Numbered from the stretch's first letter, positions 37,321-50,400 are shown. The stretch is DNA of 64,000 nt from Chthoniobacteraceae bacterium (GCA_031409335.1 JANNWY010000196.1:79880-143879); one strand, 5' to 3'. Numbers and translations are program-made. The notes: generated from the letters alone by a model not told the origin.

Positions 37321-37728
37321 CTAACCCACGACCTCGCCCGGCGGCAGCAGCCACGCCTGGGGAAACTGCGTGAAACCGACGTGCGGGTAATATTCCACCG
37401 CGGCGGGCGCGGCCAGCAGCAGCAGCGTGGCTTTCGGCGCGGCGGCTTGCGTGCGGCGCATCAGCTCCTTGCCGATCCCCTGGCGCTGGTGCGAAACGCG
37501 CACCGCGAGATCCGACAGATACGTGACGTAACTGAAATCCGAAACCGCTCGCGCGATGCCCACCAGCATCTCGCCATCCCATGCCGTGATGACGAGATTC
37601 GCGTGCCGCAGCATCGCGGCGAATCGCTCCGTGTCATCGACCGGCCGCCGCTCGGCGAGGGTCGAGGCGCGGTAAAGTTCGCGGACGGTTTCCAGGTCGA
37701 GATCATTGCCGGTGCGGTAGGAAATCAT
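37321..37728 (-). CDS. GNAT-family N-acetyltransferase
   Basis: Motifs LVGIARAVSDF, YLSDLAV..HQRQGIGKEL and YYPHVGF. Confidence 0.9.
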   Translation of the reverse strand: MISYRTGNDLDLETVRELYRASTLAERRPVDDTERFAAMLRHANLVITAWDGEMLVGIARAVSDFSYVTYLSDLAVRVSHQRQGIGKELMRRTQAAAPKATLLLLAAPAAVEYYPHVGFTQFPQAWLLPPGEVVG

Positions 37729-37923
37729 GGGAGTGTGACGACGCGATAAAAGCGCGCCGCAGCCACGCTGTCAGTCGCATTCACCGCCGCTGCCGCCTGC
37801 CACCGCGAGACGGCGGAGTCTGGGAAGCGTGCGCAAACGCAAAATCCGACCCCGGTGAATTTTCGAGGAGCCAGACCGGGCCATTGCCACCGCTCCCGGC
37901 TTGAGATAAGTCTTTACCCCAAG

Positions 37924-38505
37924 ACGAGTGCCACCGCCAAACTCTCCGAACTGATCAGCGCCGCCGACTATCTCGAACGCGAGCGCGCCGCCGGGACGCG
38001 CAGCGAATACATCAACGGCGTGATCGTCGCGATGGCGGGCGGCACGATGGCCCACGACATCATCGCGGGAAACATTTACGCCGCCCTTCACCTCCAAATG
38101 AGCGGCCGTCCCTGCCGCGTTTTCACCGCCAACATGAAAGTCCGCATAGAGCGCGCGAACCTCTTTCGCTATCCCGACATCTCCGCCCTCGGCGGCCCGG
38201 TCGCGCTGCACGATTCCATCGGCGACGTGTATCTCAATCCCTCCTTCCTCTGCGAAGTCCTTTCCCCCGGCACCGAGGCTTACGATCTCGGGGAAAAATT
38301 CGCGCTCTACCGGCTGCTCGATTCCTTCGTCGAGTATCTCGTCGCCGCGCAAGATTGCCGCTTCGCGCAGCTCGTCCGCCGTTCGCGTCACGGCGGCTGG
38401 GAAACCACCGAGTTTACCGAGCTGGAAGACGTCATCACGCTCGAATCCATCAACTGCTCCCTCCGCGTCGCGGACGTTTACGACAAGGTCGATTTTCCAC
38501 CCTGA
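37924..38505 (+). CDS. Uma2/DUF820-family endonuclease-fold protein (start codon uncertain)
   Basis: Motifs SEYINGVIVAMAGG..AHDII, YPDI, EVLSPGTEAYDLGEKF..YR and EYLV. Confidence 0.85.
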   Translation, partial: TSATAKLSELISAADYLERERAAGTRSEYINGVIVAMAGGTMAHDIIAGNIYAALHLQMSGRPCRVFTANMKVRIERANLFRYPDISALGGPVALHDSIGDVYLNPSFLCEVLSPGTEAYDLGEKFALYRLLDSFVEYLVAAQDCRFAQLVRRSRHGGWETTEFTELEDVITLESINCSLRVADVYDKVDFPP

Positions 38506-38551
38506 TCCTAAATCATTCCGTGGAAGGCGGAGCGGAAATCCCGCGGCATGG

Positions 38552-40114
38552 CTACCAGTTCCGCAAATTTTTGTTCCGCTCCTCGTCGTACTTCTGCCCC
38601 GCGTGATGCCGCGCCTGCGGCTCCAGCGACTTCTGATCTTCCTTCAGTTTCGCCAGCATCGACTCGAACGATTCCTTCGCCTCCTCCGGCTTGCCGGGCT
38701 GCGGTTTCCCCGGCGGCTGATCGCGTTTCGCCATTTGCTGCCGCAGGCGTGAAAGCGCGGCCTGCACTTGCTGCTGGCCTCGTTTCGCAGGCGCGTTGCC
38801 GGGCTCGAGTTGCTGCGCTTTTTCAAAACTCGTCTCCGCTTTCTCGAACTGCGCGATGGCTTCACCCGGTGAATCCTTTCGTTCCGCACGTTCCCCCTGC
38901 GCTTGCTCCTGCTGCCCGAGTTGCGTGAGCAGCGGCGCGAGCTGGCTCTCCACTTTGTCGATCCGCGGCTGGATTTTTTCGTTGCCGGGATTGATCGCTT
39001 TCGCCTGCTCGAAGCTCTCCAGCGCACCGAGCAGATTCTCCGCCGCTTGCTCCGCGTCGCGCTTCATCTGGTCCTCGCCGCGCTGCGCCTGGCGGTCGCC
39101 CTGGTCGAGGTGGAGCTGCTCCAGTTCCTCCTTCACTTCCTTTTCGCCGGCCTTCGCGTCGGCGTGCTCCGGTGCCTGCGCGAGTGCCTGCTGGAAATTC
39201 TCCAGCGCTTTTTCAAAAGTCTCCGCTGCCTGCTGCGGGTCGTTTTTTTTTTACAGCCGCGCCTGCTGCTGATCCTTGCGAACCGCGTTGTCGAAAGAGT
39301 TCGCGAGTTTCTCCTGAACCCGTTTTTCACCGTCTTTCGCCACCTGATCCTCCGGCACGATGGCCTGCGCCTGCTGGAAATTTTCGATCGCCTTTTGCAA
39401 TTCCTCCTGCGCGTTCTGCCGCTCCCGCTGGTTGTCCTGATTCCGCCGATCCGCGGTTTTTTCCAGCGACTCCGCCTTCCGATCCAGCATCTCGGCGAGC
39501 AGTTTCTCGATCTCCTTTTTCTCCGCTTCGCGCTCGGCGCTTTTCGGATTCAATGCCAGCGCCTGCTCCGCATACGCGAGCGCCGCGCGCAGTTGCTCGA
39601 TCGCCTTGTCGTGATTCCACGCCTCCTTTTTCGCATCCGCGACGAGCCGCTTTGCGAGCCGCGCATACACATTTTCGAGCGCCTTTTCGACCAGCACGAG
39701 ATTCTGCGCCGCCGTCTTGTTGCGCTTGTTCAAACCGAGCGCCACACGAAATGCCTCGCGGCTCTGCTCCAGCCGCGCGACCGCCGCATCGGGCTGCGCT
39801 TCGATCTGCGGCTGCACGAGCCGGTAGGAAACATTCCCGATCTGCAGCCATACCTGTTCCGAAAGCCCATCCGGCAAAGCCACGGACGCGAGTTGCTGCC
39901 AGGTTTCATCCGCCTTCGCAAAATCCTTCGTCGCATAAGCCGCGACGCCCGCGTCGTAAAGCAGCCACGGATCGTTGGGATTTTTCGCGAGCAGTTCCGC
40001 GACGTGTTCCGCCGCGGCCGCCGGATCCTTTTTCAAAAGCTCGCGGGCAAACGGCACGTCCCCGAACGCCGGTGCGGTCACGGCAACGGTCGCGAGGAGC
40101 AGGCGGATTTTCAT
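38552..40114 (-). pseudogene. Secreted TPR/coiled-coil BatC-like protein interrupted by one in-frame TAA at 39251-39253
   Basis: ORFs 39251-40114 and 38552-39136 are in the same frame. The junction reads QARL*KKNDPQQAAETFEKALENFQQA. TPR motifs LYDAGVAAY and IGNVSY; the C-terminus ends LRNW. Confidence 0.7.
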
Positions 40115-40164
40115 GGGTCGGATTCTAAACACGATTTGCGCCAAACACACGCCGGGGATTCGCA

Positions 40165-41601
40165 TCAGCATTCATCGCTCGTCAGCATCCCGGCAAAGGC
40201 GCTGGTCCGCAGCGATTCGAGTTGCGGGCGGTCGAGGAAGATCGCGCGCATTTTGGCAACGCGATCGGGTGCGAACTTCGTGGCGAAGTTGCGCGCGAAT
40301 TTCTCCACGAGCAGCGGGATGCCTTCGGCGCGGCGGCGGCGGTGGCCGAGGGGATACTCGACTTCGATGCGCGCGGTGCTGGTGCCGTCGGTGAAGAAGA
40401 CTTGCACGGCGTTGGTGATGGATCGCTTGGATGGGTCGAGGTAATCGCGCGTGTAGCGCGGGTCTTCGCGCGCGGTCATCTTTGCGCGGAGCGCATCGAT
40501 GCGCCGGTCGGCGGCGATCGTGTCCTCGTAATGATCGGCGGTGAGCGCGCCGAAGATGAGGCCGATGGCGGTCATGTATTCGAGGCAGTGATCGCGGTCG
40601 GCGGGGTTCGCGAGCGGGCCGGTTTTGTGGATGATGCGCAGCGCGCTTTCGTGCGTGGTGATTTCGACGCGGGCGATTTCACCGAGACGATTTTGGACGA
40701 GAGGGTGAAGCGCGATGGCGGCTTCGACGGCGGTTTGCGCGTGGAATTCGGCGGGGAAGGCGATTTTGAAAAGCACGTTTTCCATCACGTAACTGCCGAG
40801 CGGACGCGCGAGCGTGACGGGCTGTTTTTTGAAAAGCACATCGCTGAATCCCCACGTCGGCGTGGAGAGCGCGCCGGGGTAGCCCATCTCGCCGCGCATC
40901 GCCATGAGCGCGTGCCACACGCCGCGCGCGGTGGCGTCGCCGGCGGCCCAGGATTTTCGCGAGCCGGTATTCGGCGCATGACGATAAACGCGGAGCGCGC
41001 CGCCGTCGGCGAAGGCGTTGGAGAGCGCATTGATGATCAGCTCGCGTGTGCCGCCGAGGAGCGCGGTGGCGACGGCGGTGGAGGCGATGCGCACGAGCAG
41101 GACGTGATCGAGACCGGCGCGGTTGAACGAATTTTCCAACGCGAGCACGCCTTGGATTTCGTGCGCGCGGATCATCGCGGTGAGCACGTCGCGCACGGTG
41201 AGTATGCGGCCATTGCGATCGAGCCAGTCTGCGACGCCCAGGATCGCGCCGAGATTGTCGGATGGGTGGCCCCAATCGGCGGCAAGCCAGGTGTCGTTGA
41301 AATCCAGCCAGCGGATCAGCGTGCCGATGTTGAATGCCGCCGCGACCGGATCGAGCACGAACGCAGTCCCCGGAACACGCGCGCCATTTTCCACCACAAT
41401 GCCGGGAACGAGCGGGCCGAGCAGCTTCGTGCAGGCGGGATAACTCAGTGCGAGGATGCCGCACCCGAGCGAATCCATGAGGCAAAGGCACGCGGTGTTA
41501 TAGGCCTCGTCGCCGAAAGCGGGGGCGGCGAGAACGTAGTCGGCGATCTCGCAAAGGAGCGCGTCTGGCGCGGGACGGGGGCTGTTCGGCTCGGAGTTCA
41601 T
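40165..41601 (-). CDS. prpD: 2-methylcitrate dehydratase
   Basis: Motifs [50 protein letters not shown] and [12 protein letters not shown]. Confidence 0.95.
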   Translation of the reverse strand: MNSEPNSPRPAPDALLCEIADYVLAAPAFGDEAYNTACLCLMDSLGCGILALSYPACTKLLGPLVPGIVVENGARVPGTAFVLDPVAAAFNIGTLIRWLDFNDTWLAADWGHPSDNLGAILGVADWLDRNGRILTVRDVLTAMIRAHEIQGVLALENSFNRAGLDHVLLVRIASTAVATALLGGTRELIINALSNAFADGGALRVYRHAPNTGSRKSWAAGDATARGVWHALMAMRGEMGYPGALSTPTWGFSDVLFKKQPVTLARPLGSYVMENVLFKIAFPAEFHAQTAVEAAIALHPLVQNRLGEIARVEITTHESALRIIHKTGPLANPADRDHCLEYMTAIGLIFGALTADHYEDTIAADRRIDALRAKMTAREDPRYTRDYLDPSKRSITNAVQVFFTDGTSTARIEVEYPLGHRRRRAEGIPLLVEKFARNFATKFAPDRVAKMRAIFLDRPQLESLRTSAFAGMLTSDEC

Positions 41602-41670
41602 GCGTGCCGACCATTCACCGATCTCCGGGAATGGAAACCGCGGATTGCACGGATTGCCGCGGATTCGTGC

Positions 41671-44600
41671 TCAACTGGCAGTGCGGCGTTCCACCTCGCG
41701 AGCCTGGCGCGCCTTGCGGCGCTCGCGCCAGCCGATGAGGCCCACCAAACCCATCGCGGCAAAGACACTCGATGGCTCGGGCACGGGGACGATTTCAAAG
41801 TGAGTGCTGTCGAACTGAAGCGCAGTATAGCCGCTGCTGAAGCCGTTGAAGACGACGCTGCTTTGGCTGAAGCCGGACAGGAAAGTCATGCGCGCCGCAT
41901 CGTTGCCCTGGAACATGAGGCGGTCGTTCGTTCCGTCCACGCCCGCGGTTAATGCCGAGCCATTCCAATTCAGGATCGAGAGCGTCCCAGCCGAGTAGGT
42001 GCCGCTCGCGAACATCAAGCTGCCGACGCCGGAGAAATCGATCGTGGAGTTTGCCGAGAGTGTGAGCGCGCCCATTCCGTCGAGGGAGGAGACACCATTT
42101 CCTTCCAGCGCACCGCCGACATCGATCTTGCCGCCGTTCAGATTCACGGTCGCCGCGTCGTTGATGCGGCTGCCCGCGCCGCTCAGCAGCAAGGTGCCGC
42201 CGTTGTTCACCGCGATACTTGTCGTCGAGCCCAGGGTTCCCGCGCCGGCTGCTTGCAAGGTGCCTGCGCTGATGGTGGTCGCACCGGTGAAGGTATTCGC
42301 GCCCGTCAGCACGGTCGTGCCGGTGCCGCTTTGGATCACGGCCCCCGTGCCGGAGATGGCATTGGGGACGGTGTAATTGTCGGAACGCTTGAATTCGAGC
42401 GTGCTGTTGTCGATCACCGCGCCGCTGCCCAATGTGCCCGCCGCGCCTCCGTTGCCGATTTGCAAGATGCCACCGGTGATCGTCGTCACGCCCGTGTAGG
42501 TGTTCGAGCCTGACAGAATTTGCGTGCCCGCGCCGAGCTTGGTCAAAGCGATGCCGCCAAGACCTTCACCATTCCCACTGCCACCGTCGGTCATCGCGCC
42601 GCCGAAGTCGCCGGAACCGCCGGACACACCGACCGAGAGCGTGTCATAGACGCCGACACCGTTGCCGAAGCTGTTGGTGAGGGTGCCCAGTCCATTGAGC
42701 GAATTGATCGTCACGGAATCCGCCCGCATGTCGAGCGTGGCTCCGCTGGAAATATCGAGATTCGCGGTGTTGCCGGACCAGTTGGCCGCATTGCCGTCGT
42801 TTCGCAGGGTGCCCTGCTGGACGAGAATGTCGCCAGTGGGGCTCACCGTGCCGAAAAGCGAAGTCGTGCCGGGGCCGCTTTTCACGATCGTGCCATTCCC
42901 GGTGATGGCACCGGTGATGTTGTAGTTGTTCGCGAGGGCGGGCGCGAAGTCGAGCGTCGCGTCAGGATCCACGCTCAGCGCACCTGGTCAGCTCGCAGCG
43001 TTGTTCAGAATGAGGCGCAGCCTACCCTGCTGGACGGCGGTGGCGCCGCTCCAAGTCTGGTTGTTCCAAGTGGTGAGTTCCTGTGTCCCCCCGCCGGTCT
43101 TGACGAAGTTCAGCTTCCCGGCGGTCGCGTGATTGCTAAAGCCGCTGCTCCGGTCGCGGATGTGGCCGAAGTAACTCTGCGTGCCGCTGGTCACGTTGAG
43201 CGTGAGGGTGCTATTCGTAGCGGGCGAGGCGTCGCCTTCGACGAGTTGCACGACGCCACCGTCCGCGCCGCCGAGATTGCTCAGCCCTGCGACGGTTTCG
43301 TTGAAGCCATTCAAATTGAGGTAGCTCCACCTGCCGGACGCCGCGCCGAAGGTGACCACCGTGCTGTCCGCGATCTGATCGTCCGCGCCGAGCCGCACGG
43401 TCGTGAAGGTGTTCGCCGCCGCCGTGGGCACGCCCATTTGCAGCGCACCGCTGATCGCATTGCCGCCAGCGCGCTGGAGCAGCACCTGCATGTTGTTCGT
43501 CGCGGTCGCGCCATTCTCCACGATGGTCGCCCCGTTGATTTGTCCGGTGATTTGGAAGGTGGAGTTGACCGGCGCGAGCGTGAGGGTGCCGTTGGTAATG
43601 TCGCCCGCGAGTTCTGCATCGATCGCCGCACTGCCGCCGAGCGAAGTAATCCGGCCCGCGCCAGCATTGAGGTCGATGGGATTCAAGAAACGCGTCGTGC
43701 TGTCCGAATTTGGCCCGCTCAAAATGAGGCTCGATGCGGTGGGCACAAAGTTTCCCGCGTTCAAAGTCATCGTCCCGCCCGCCCCGCCGATATTCACGAT
43801 GCGCGTGCCGCCGAACGCCCCGAAGCCACCGCTGCCGGTGAACTGCACCTGGCCATTGCCGGTGCCGAGGGCTGCGGTGAAATCCGTGACACCCAGCTCC
43901 ACGATGCCGCCATTCATGTTCACGTTGGAATTTGGTGAAAGCGCCGTGGCACTGGCCTCGCGCAGCGCGCCGCCGGTGATGAGAGTGGTGCCGGAATGGG
44001 TGTTCGCGCCTGTCAGACTGAGGGTGCCACTACCCGACTTCGTCAGACCGAGGATTTTCCCCGCGCCGCCGTCCTGTAAGATGCCATCGAACGTCGAGGT
44101 TCCAGACACGGTGAGCGTGCCCGTGCCGACCGCGAGATTCGTCACGATGCCCGGCACGGCTCCGCTTCCGGCCGTCAAGGCACTGACGGTTTGATTGAGC
44201 GCATTGAGATCGAACGTGCCACCCACCGTCGCTCCGCCACTCACCGTGAGCGTGGTGCCCACCGGCAGACGGTCGTTCCCGCCTCCGATGCGCAGGATGC
44301 CGTTGCTCACCGTCGTCGCTCCTCCATAAACGCTGGCACCTGTCAGGGTAAAAGTCCCGGTGCCAATCTTCGCGAGGTTGTTCCTGCCGATATCAATCGA
44401 AGTGTTATTCGCACCCACTCCGCCGATGCCACGGATGACGCCGTCAAACTGGCTGCTGCCGTTATTCGATCCGACGGTCAGGGTGTTATTGGTCTCGCCG
44501 AGCGCGAACGTGTTGATGACCGTGCCGCTGCCGGTCAGTTTATCCACGATCATGTCATCGGTGCGCAGATCCAGTTCCGCGCCGCCGGCGACGAACACAT

Positions 44601-47379
44601 CGGCCGTGCTGCTGGTCCACAACGTGGTGTTGAAGCCATTTCCAAAGCGCCCGTCGTTGATGAGGATCGTTCCCTGAAAGTTGGCCGGTGCTGCCCCCCG
44701 AAACTGGAACCAGCCCGCACCCGTCTTGGTGAGCGTGCCGGTGCCAGTGAGTGTTCCCAAGTCCACCCAGTTGTCCACCACAGTGTTGGTCGTGTTGACG
44801 GTGAGAAAAGCGCCGCTGGCAATGCTCCATGCGCTGGCATTGAGCGCGTTCGTGCCGTCGAGGATCAGCGTCCCCTGACTCACCGTCGTGGGTCCCGTGT
44901 AGTTCGTGCCTGCTCCGCTCAGCGTCTGCGTGCCGGTCCCGGTTTTTACCACTGCCCCGGTGCCACCGATGCCACCGGAGAAGGAGCCGCCGCCGTCGTT
45001 GGTCCCGAGGGTCAGGGTCTGCGCGCCGAGGGTCACCGCTCCCGCGCCATTGAGGGATTTCACGCTGGCATTGGCGACCGAGCCGGCCCAGTTCGCATCG
45101 AGGCGCAGGGTGGAGCCGAGGGCAAACGTCACATCGCTATTCTGAAACACCAGCCCCGCGCTGCCGTTGACGAACACGTTGCCGGAATTAACCTGCAACG
45201 CGCCGGAGTAACTGCCCGCGGTGGTGCGGAAGACGAGGCCGTTATTCCCACCGCCGGTCGTATTGAGCGTCAGCGCCCCGGCGCCGGAGATGCCTGCATC
45301 GAAGAACACATTGTTGTTCGTCGTGTCGGTGTTGTTGACGTTGATGGTGCTGGCGGCGGACACCGTTAGCCCGCCGGTCCACACCTTCCATGCGTTGGCA
45401 GCGGTAGTCGTGTGGGAATAGATGCCCCCATTGAGCGTCAGCGTGCCGCCAGCCGCGCCTTGGTTGTTGTTGGTTCCAGAAGTGCGGAATTCACCCCCGG
45501 CATTGACCGTGACCGGCGAATTCCACGAGCTGGTTCCGGCGAGAGTGGTGTCATGCGCGAGGATGCCTTGGTTGACCGTGGTGGTGCCAGTGTAAGAGAT
45601 GGAGACCCCTGCCTGATTGCCGATCGTCTGCGTGCCCGCTCCTGTCTTGATGATGTTGAGCTTGTTCGTCGTTCCACCGTCGTCCTGGTCGCGGAAGTAT
45701 CCGTAGGCAGCGTAGGTGCCGGTTCCGTTGAGCGTCAGGGTGGCCGGGTTGCCTGGGCTGAATAAGTTGATCCCCTGATTCTGCACGATGACATTCGCAT
45801 TCGAAGTTCCACCGTCCAGACCTGCCAGCGTTTGATTGGTTCCCTGGAGATCAAAGCGCCCCCAATTCCCAGCCGTGTTCTTTCCGACGATGACGACACC
45901 TGCGCCAAATTGATTGTCCCACTGATTGCGCCCCGCGCCCGTGGTCGTCACATCGCCCATGCGCAGATTAAACTGCCCGCCAGTGCCGCTGCCGAGCCAG
46001 ACCTGCGTGTTCGCGGCAATCGCCACCGCCCCGCCCGTTTTCTGCAAACGCAGCGACGCGTTCGCACCCTGTCCGTCCACCACCGTCTTGCCCGTGAAGG
46101 TATTGCTCGCGGCTCCCCCGAGGATGATGTCCACCAACTGCGTCGAACCGCCATTCCATGAAGTGTAGCGCGACATGGCTAGGTCGCCGGGGCCGGAGAT
46201 GACTCCATTGAGCGAGTGAGTCCCCAAGGAGTAACCGCCAATCGCGCTATATTGGCCCGTGTTGTCGCCGAGGATGATGCCGGTCGTGTTGTTGAGGACG
46301 ATGTTCCCGGTGAGCGTCTGATTCCCCTCCAGTCTCAGCGCGCCGATATAGAATCCGTTGTCCCGCCACCCGGCTCCGTTGCCGATGGTGAAGCTATTGG
46401 TGAACGTGTTCGTCCCCGTGAGCAGAGCGGTCGCCCCGGTTTGCAGGTCGATGGCTGCCGAACTCAACTGGCTGGCTGATGTGGCGATGATCCTCGCGCC
46501 ATTCACGCGTAGTGTCCCCGTCAGCCCGGTGTTATTGCCGGTCAGGTTGTAGTTGCTGAAGATTTGATTTGCCGCGCTGTTCGTGCCTTGAAACAAAATC
46601 GTGCCCGCGCCGCTCAGGTTGTTGGCAATGGTCACGTTGGAACCCGAGGAGTTCGAGTTATCCCACTTCATTGTCGTGCCTGCCGCCACGGAGACGGCGG
46701 ACGACCCGGAGATGGACCCGGCATTGGTCCCATTGCCCACCGTCAGCGTTCCCGCAGTGAGAGTGGTCGCTCCGGTGTAAGTATTCGCGCCGAGCAGCAC
46801 CACCTTGCTCGCTTGCTCGACTGTGATGCCGCCGCCCTGCGAAATGACCGTGCCCGTTCCGAAAGTCACCGTCTTGTTGTTCACGCCAAAGACCCGGATG
46901 TTGTTTCCGTTGGTGAAAACATTCGCGCTGTTAATCACGAGATCGCCATTCACCGGATTGAACTCACCCGTGCCCGGCTGCCCCGCCACGATCGCCAGCG
47001 CCGCGAGCGAAATGGTCTGGGTCAGCGTGCTGTAGTTTTCGATCTTCCCGAAAATGTCGATGGCATTGCCACCCACGTTGAAGGCACCCGCGGTCGCGGC
47101 AAAGGTGATCGAGTGGAAGTCATCGAACGCCGTGTAGTTATTGTTCGGGGTGAGTCGCACCGCCCCGTCGAAAACCAGATCCGTCGTGGCCCCGGTCGTG
47201 GGTGCGCTGCCGCCCCAGTTTGCGCCTGAACCAAAGAGATCATCGTCCACGTCCCCTCCGTTCCAGGTGAACGTGGCCGCGTTGGCGGACGTGGCGGCCG
47301 CGAGCAGGAGGATGCTCCCCGTGAGAATCCGGCGGATGGAGCGACGGCGCGGAGTGCTGGAGTCAGGGAGATTGCTCAT
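41671..47379 (-). pseudogene. Giant autotransporter-associated beta-strand repeat protein with PEP-CTERM, interrupted by one in-frame TGA at 42988-42990
   Basis: ORFs 42988-47385 and 41671-42972 share a frame and the junction reads NNAAS*PGALSVDP. Many K.G.GT.TL.G.NT(Y/F)TG.T repeats. The signal peptide is in the first part and VPEPSS-TM-RERR in the second. Confidence 0.8.
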
Positions 47380-47421
47380 AAACATACCGGTTCAGGGGTG
47401 CCATTCGAGGGTCGTGGAAAT

Positions 47422-50400
47422 TCAACGCGTGTGGGTGGCGTGATGCACTTTGCGCCGACGAAAGCCGAGCAGCGTGAGCATTCCGCCGAAGAGCAGCGCG
47501 GCGCTGCCGGGCTCGGGGACGCCCTGCACGGAGGCCGCTCCAGCGAGCGCGTCGCCGCCGAATTCCGCCAGCGCGCCAGGCGATTCCATCAGCGCGCCCA
47601 GCGTGGCGACTCCGCCGTCATTGATGGTGAGTGAGTCGAGCGTCTGGCTGACGCCGAAATTCGCGACCGCGTTGACGATGACATCCGCACCCGCGGCGTT
47701 GCTGGCCAAATTAAGGGTGCCTTCATCGGCTGTGAGCGTGGTCATGCTCAATGTCCCGGAGAGCTTTAGTTTGCCGCTGCCAGCTTTTGTAAAGTCCCCG
47801 CCGCCGACGATGTCGCCAGCGTAGATCGTACTGGTCGCGTCGCCTGCGGTCAGGCTGCCGTCGCTGAGTGAAATACTGCTGCCCGCGACGCCGGTGAGTG
47901 CGCCGATGGTTTGCGTCACGCCGTTCACGTCGAGCGCCGCGCCCGCGGCGGTGAGGGAGACTGGGCCAGTCGAGGGTAGGACGTTCGTAGCGCCGCTCCT
48001 CCATTTGCGGTTCAGGTATGCTTCGACGGCTCCGCGTTCTTCCGAAGTGAGCACGCTGGTGAAGACGAGCATTTCACCGATGTCGCCGGAGGAATACTCA
48101 GTTACCGGGTTGCCGCTGAAGCCACCGCCCAACGACAAGCCATTCGGCCCTTCTGCCCCGGAGCCAGTACTGCCGCGTTCGGCGCCATTGACGTAAAACT
48201 TGGCCGCGCCACCCGTGGCAATCGTGCCGGTATAGATCCGCGACACGGTATCGGGAATACCTGAGTTGTTAAGAAAGCCATTGTTAAAGTAGGCCGACTC
48301 TCCGTTGGTATTCCAAGTGCCAAGCAGCCAGTTGTTGTTTAGCCCGGCAAGCAGTCGCTGGTTCGAGCCACCCGTCAGGCGTCCGGCATACATCACGGTC
48401 ACGTTGCCGGCAGTGAAGTCCAGGCCATTGGTGAGCCGGTCGAAGGGTGCCCCGCCGCCAGCGGCTGCATCGAAGCGGATGACGGACCTGTTGTTCATCG
48501 CGGGTTCGGCAGCGATGAAGGTTGGTTCCTGGCCGAGTGCTGCGCTGGTATCGCCAGCTACGCCGAACGTGGCCCCCGTGTTGTTCAACCAGTTGGTCAC
48601 GACACCGCCGCCGCTCGTGACGATCGAGACGCCGTCCGTGGCATCAAGTTGGATGGCGCTGGCCACCGGCAGCGTTTGGCTGGCCCCGAGCTTGATCGTG
48701 CCGGCATTGATGGTGGTCGCGCCTTTGTAGGTGCTGTTGTTGGTTAGAGTCAGGACTCCGGCACCGTTCTTAGTCACGCCACCCGTGCCACTGATGCCAC
48801 CAGTCGTCGTGCTGGCGTCGGATCGGTTGAAGACTAGAGCGCCATTGTTGACGATCGCACCATTGCCGATCGCGCCGCTCGTGCCGCCATTGCCGATTTG
48901 GAGTGTTCCCCCGCTGATAGTCGTCGTGCCGGAGTAGGTGTTATTCCCGGCGAGCGTCTGTGTGGCGGTGCCCTGCTTCGTCAGGACGACCCGGTTGCCA
49001 GTGCCATCGGCGATCACGCCGGAAAAGTTGCCGTTGTTATTCGTGTTGCCGATCTTCACCCGCGTCTCGCCCCCGCCCGTGAAGTTCGCCACCATGACGC
49101 CCGACCCATTGAGCGCACCCATCGCGAAATCACCCGGCGCGCTGCCCGCCCATCCGAGTCCCTGGTTCAGCAGTTCCATCGTGCCGTGGAGGGTGATGTC
49201 CGCATTCTCGAGCGCAGTCGTGGTGCCACCGACGGAGATACCGCTACCGGCGTTCACTACTGTGCTGGCAATGCCATTGACGATGATCGTTCCGGTGAAG
49301 GTGGAGTTGTTGTTACGAAGCTCTACAGCGTTGCCAGGATTGGCGGAAGCGATCGTCAACGTGCCGGAACCATGCAAACCACCGTCCAGGAAAAGGTTCT
49401 TGTTGGTCCCGGTCGTATTCGTCACCGAGTTCTGATTGATCGTGGTGTTGCCCGAGACAGTGAACCCACCCGCCAGAGTGAGAAAATCCCCGCCGTTGGT
49501 CTGGCCATTGTGAACGAGCGTCCCACCGCTACTCAGCGTAAAGGCTGCGCCACTGCCCATTCCCATGTTCACTGTGTTCGACAAAATCACCGTGGCGTTG
49601 TTGCCCACCGTGGTCGGAGAAGCATAACCGGTTGTGTTCAACAAGGTGAGCGCTCCGGCATTGACGGCGGTCGGGCCGGTGTAAGTCGCTCCTGCTCCCG
49701 AGAGGGTCTGCGTGCCGGTGCCGTTTTTAACCAGACTCACGGTGCCGCCGGTGAAGTCGCGGATCGCGCCGTTGGTCGTGTTGAAGGTGAAGGCGTTCGC
49801 GCCCGACACATCGAGGATGAGTTCGGACGTGGAGTCCACCGCCGCCGGACTGCCAAACTCCGAGTGCTGGATGGCATGGAAGATCTTTGCCCCGACTGCG
49901 GAGTTCTCGATGCCTCCGAGGGTTTGGGTGGTTCCCTTTAATTCCAGGCGGGTGTCGCCGGCGGTGGTGAAGCGCAACACACTGCCCGGCGCAAACTGCT
50001 TATCCTCGGAGGTGGACACAATGCCTCTGGTGCCTGGCGCCGCCATGATGAGATCGCCCGGGATAGCCACGGCTCCGCCCGTCTTGGCGAGGATCAATTG
50101 CCCATTCGAGGCAAAGGTGCTGGTGCCGGTGTAAGTATTCGACGACGCGCCTGAGAGCGTGAGCGATCCGGTGCCGACTTTGGTCAGGCTGCCGACGGTG
50201 CCGGAGAGCTCTCCCCCGTAGTTTGTTACGGTGTTGCTGGCACCCACGCTGATCGTGTTGCCGCCGATGTCCAAGGCGTCTGCCCCGTTCAGCCCGCCGA
50301 TGTTGTAGGTGTTATTTCCAGCGACGCTGAAGGCTACCACTTGTGGGCCGGAAGTGCCTGTGTCGAGGGTGCTGCTTTGCAGCGCACTGAGATTGTTCAA

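Noticed and set aside
39243..39252. Homopolymer frameshift or phase variation at the T10 run
   Set aside because: The two ORFs are in the same frame, so the lesion is a stop codon and not an indel.
42960..42990. Selenocysteine or genetic-code reassignment of the in-frame TGA (a small hairpin can be drawn 3' of it)
   Set aside because: The position fits Trp in a structural repeat, not a redox Cys. Many genes here end normally in TGA, including ATGA overlaps, and weak hairpins are expected at this GC content.
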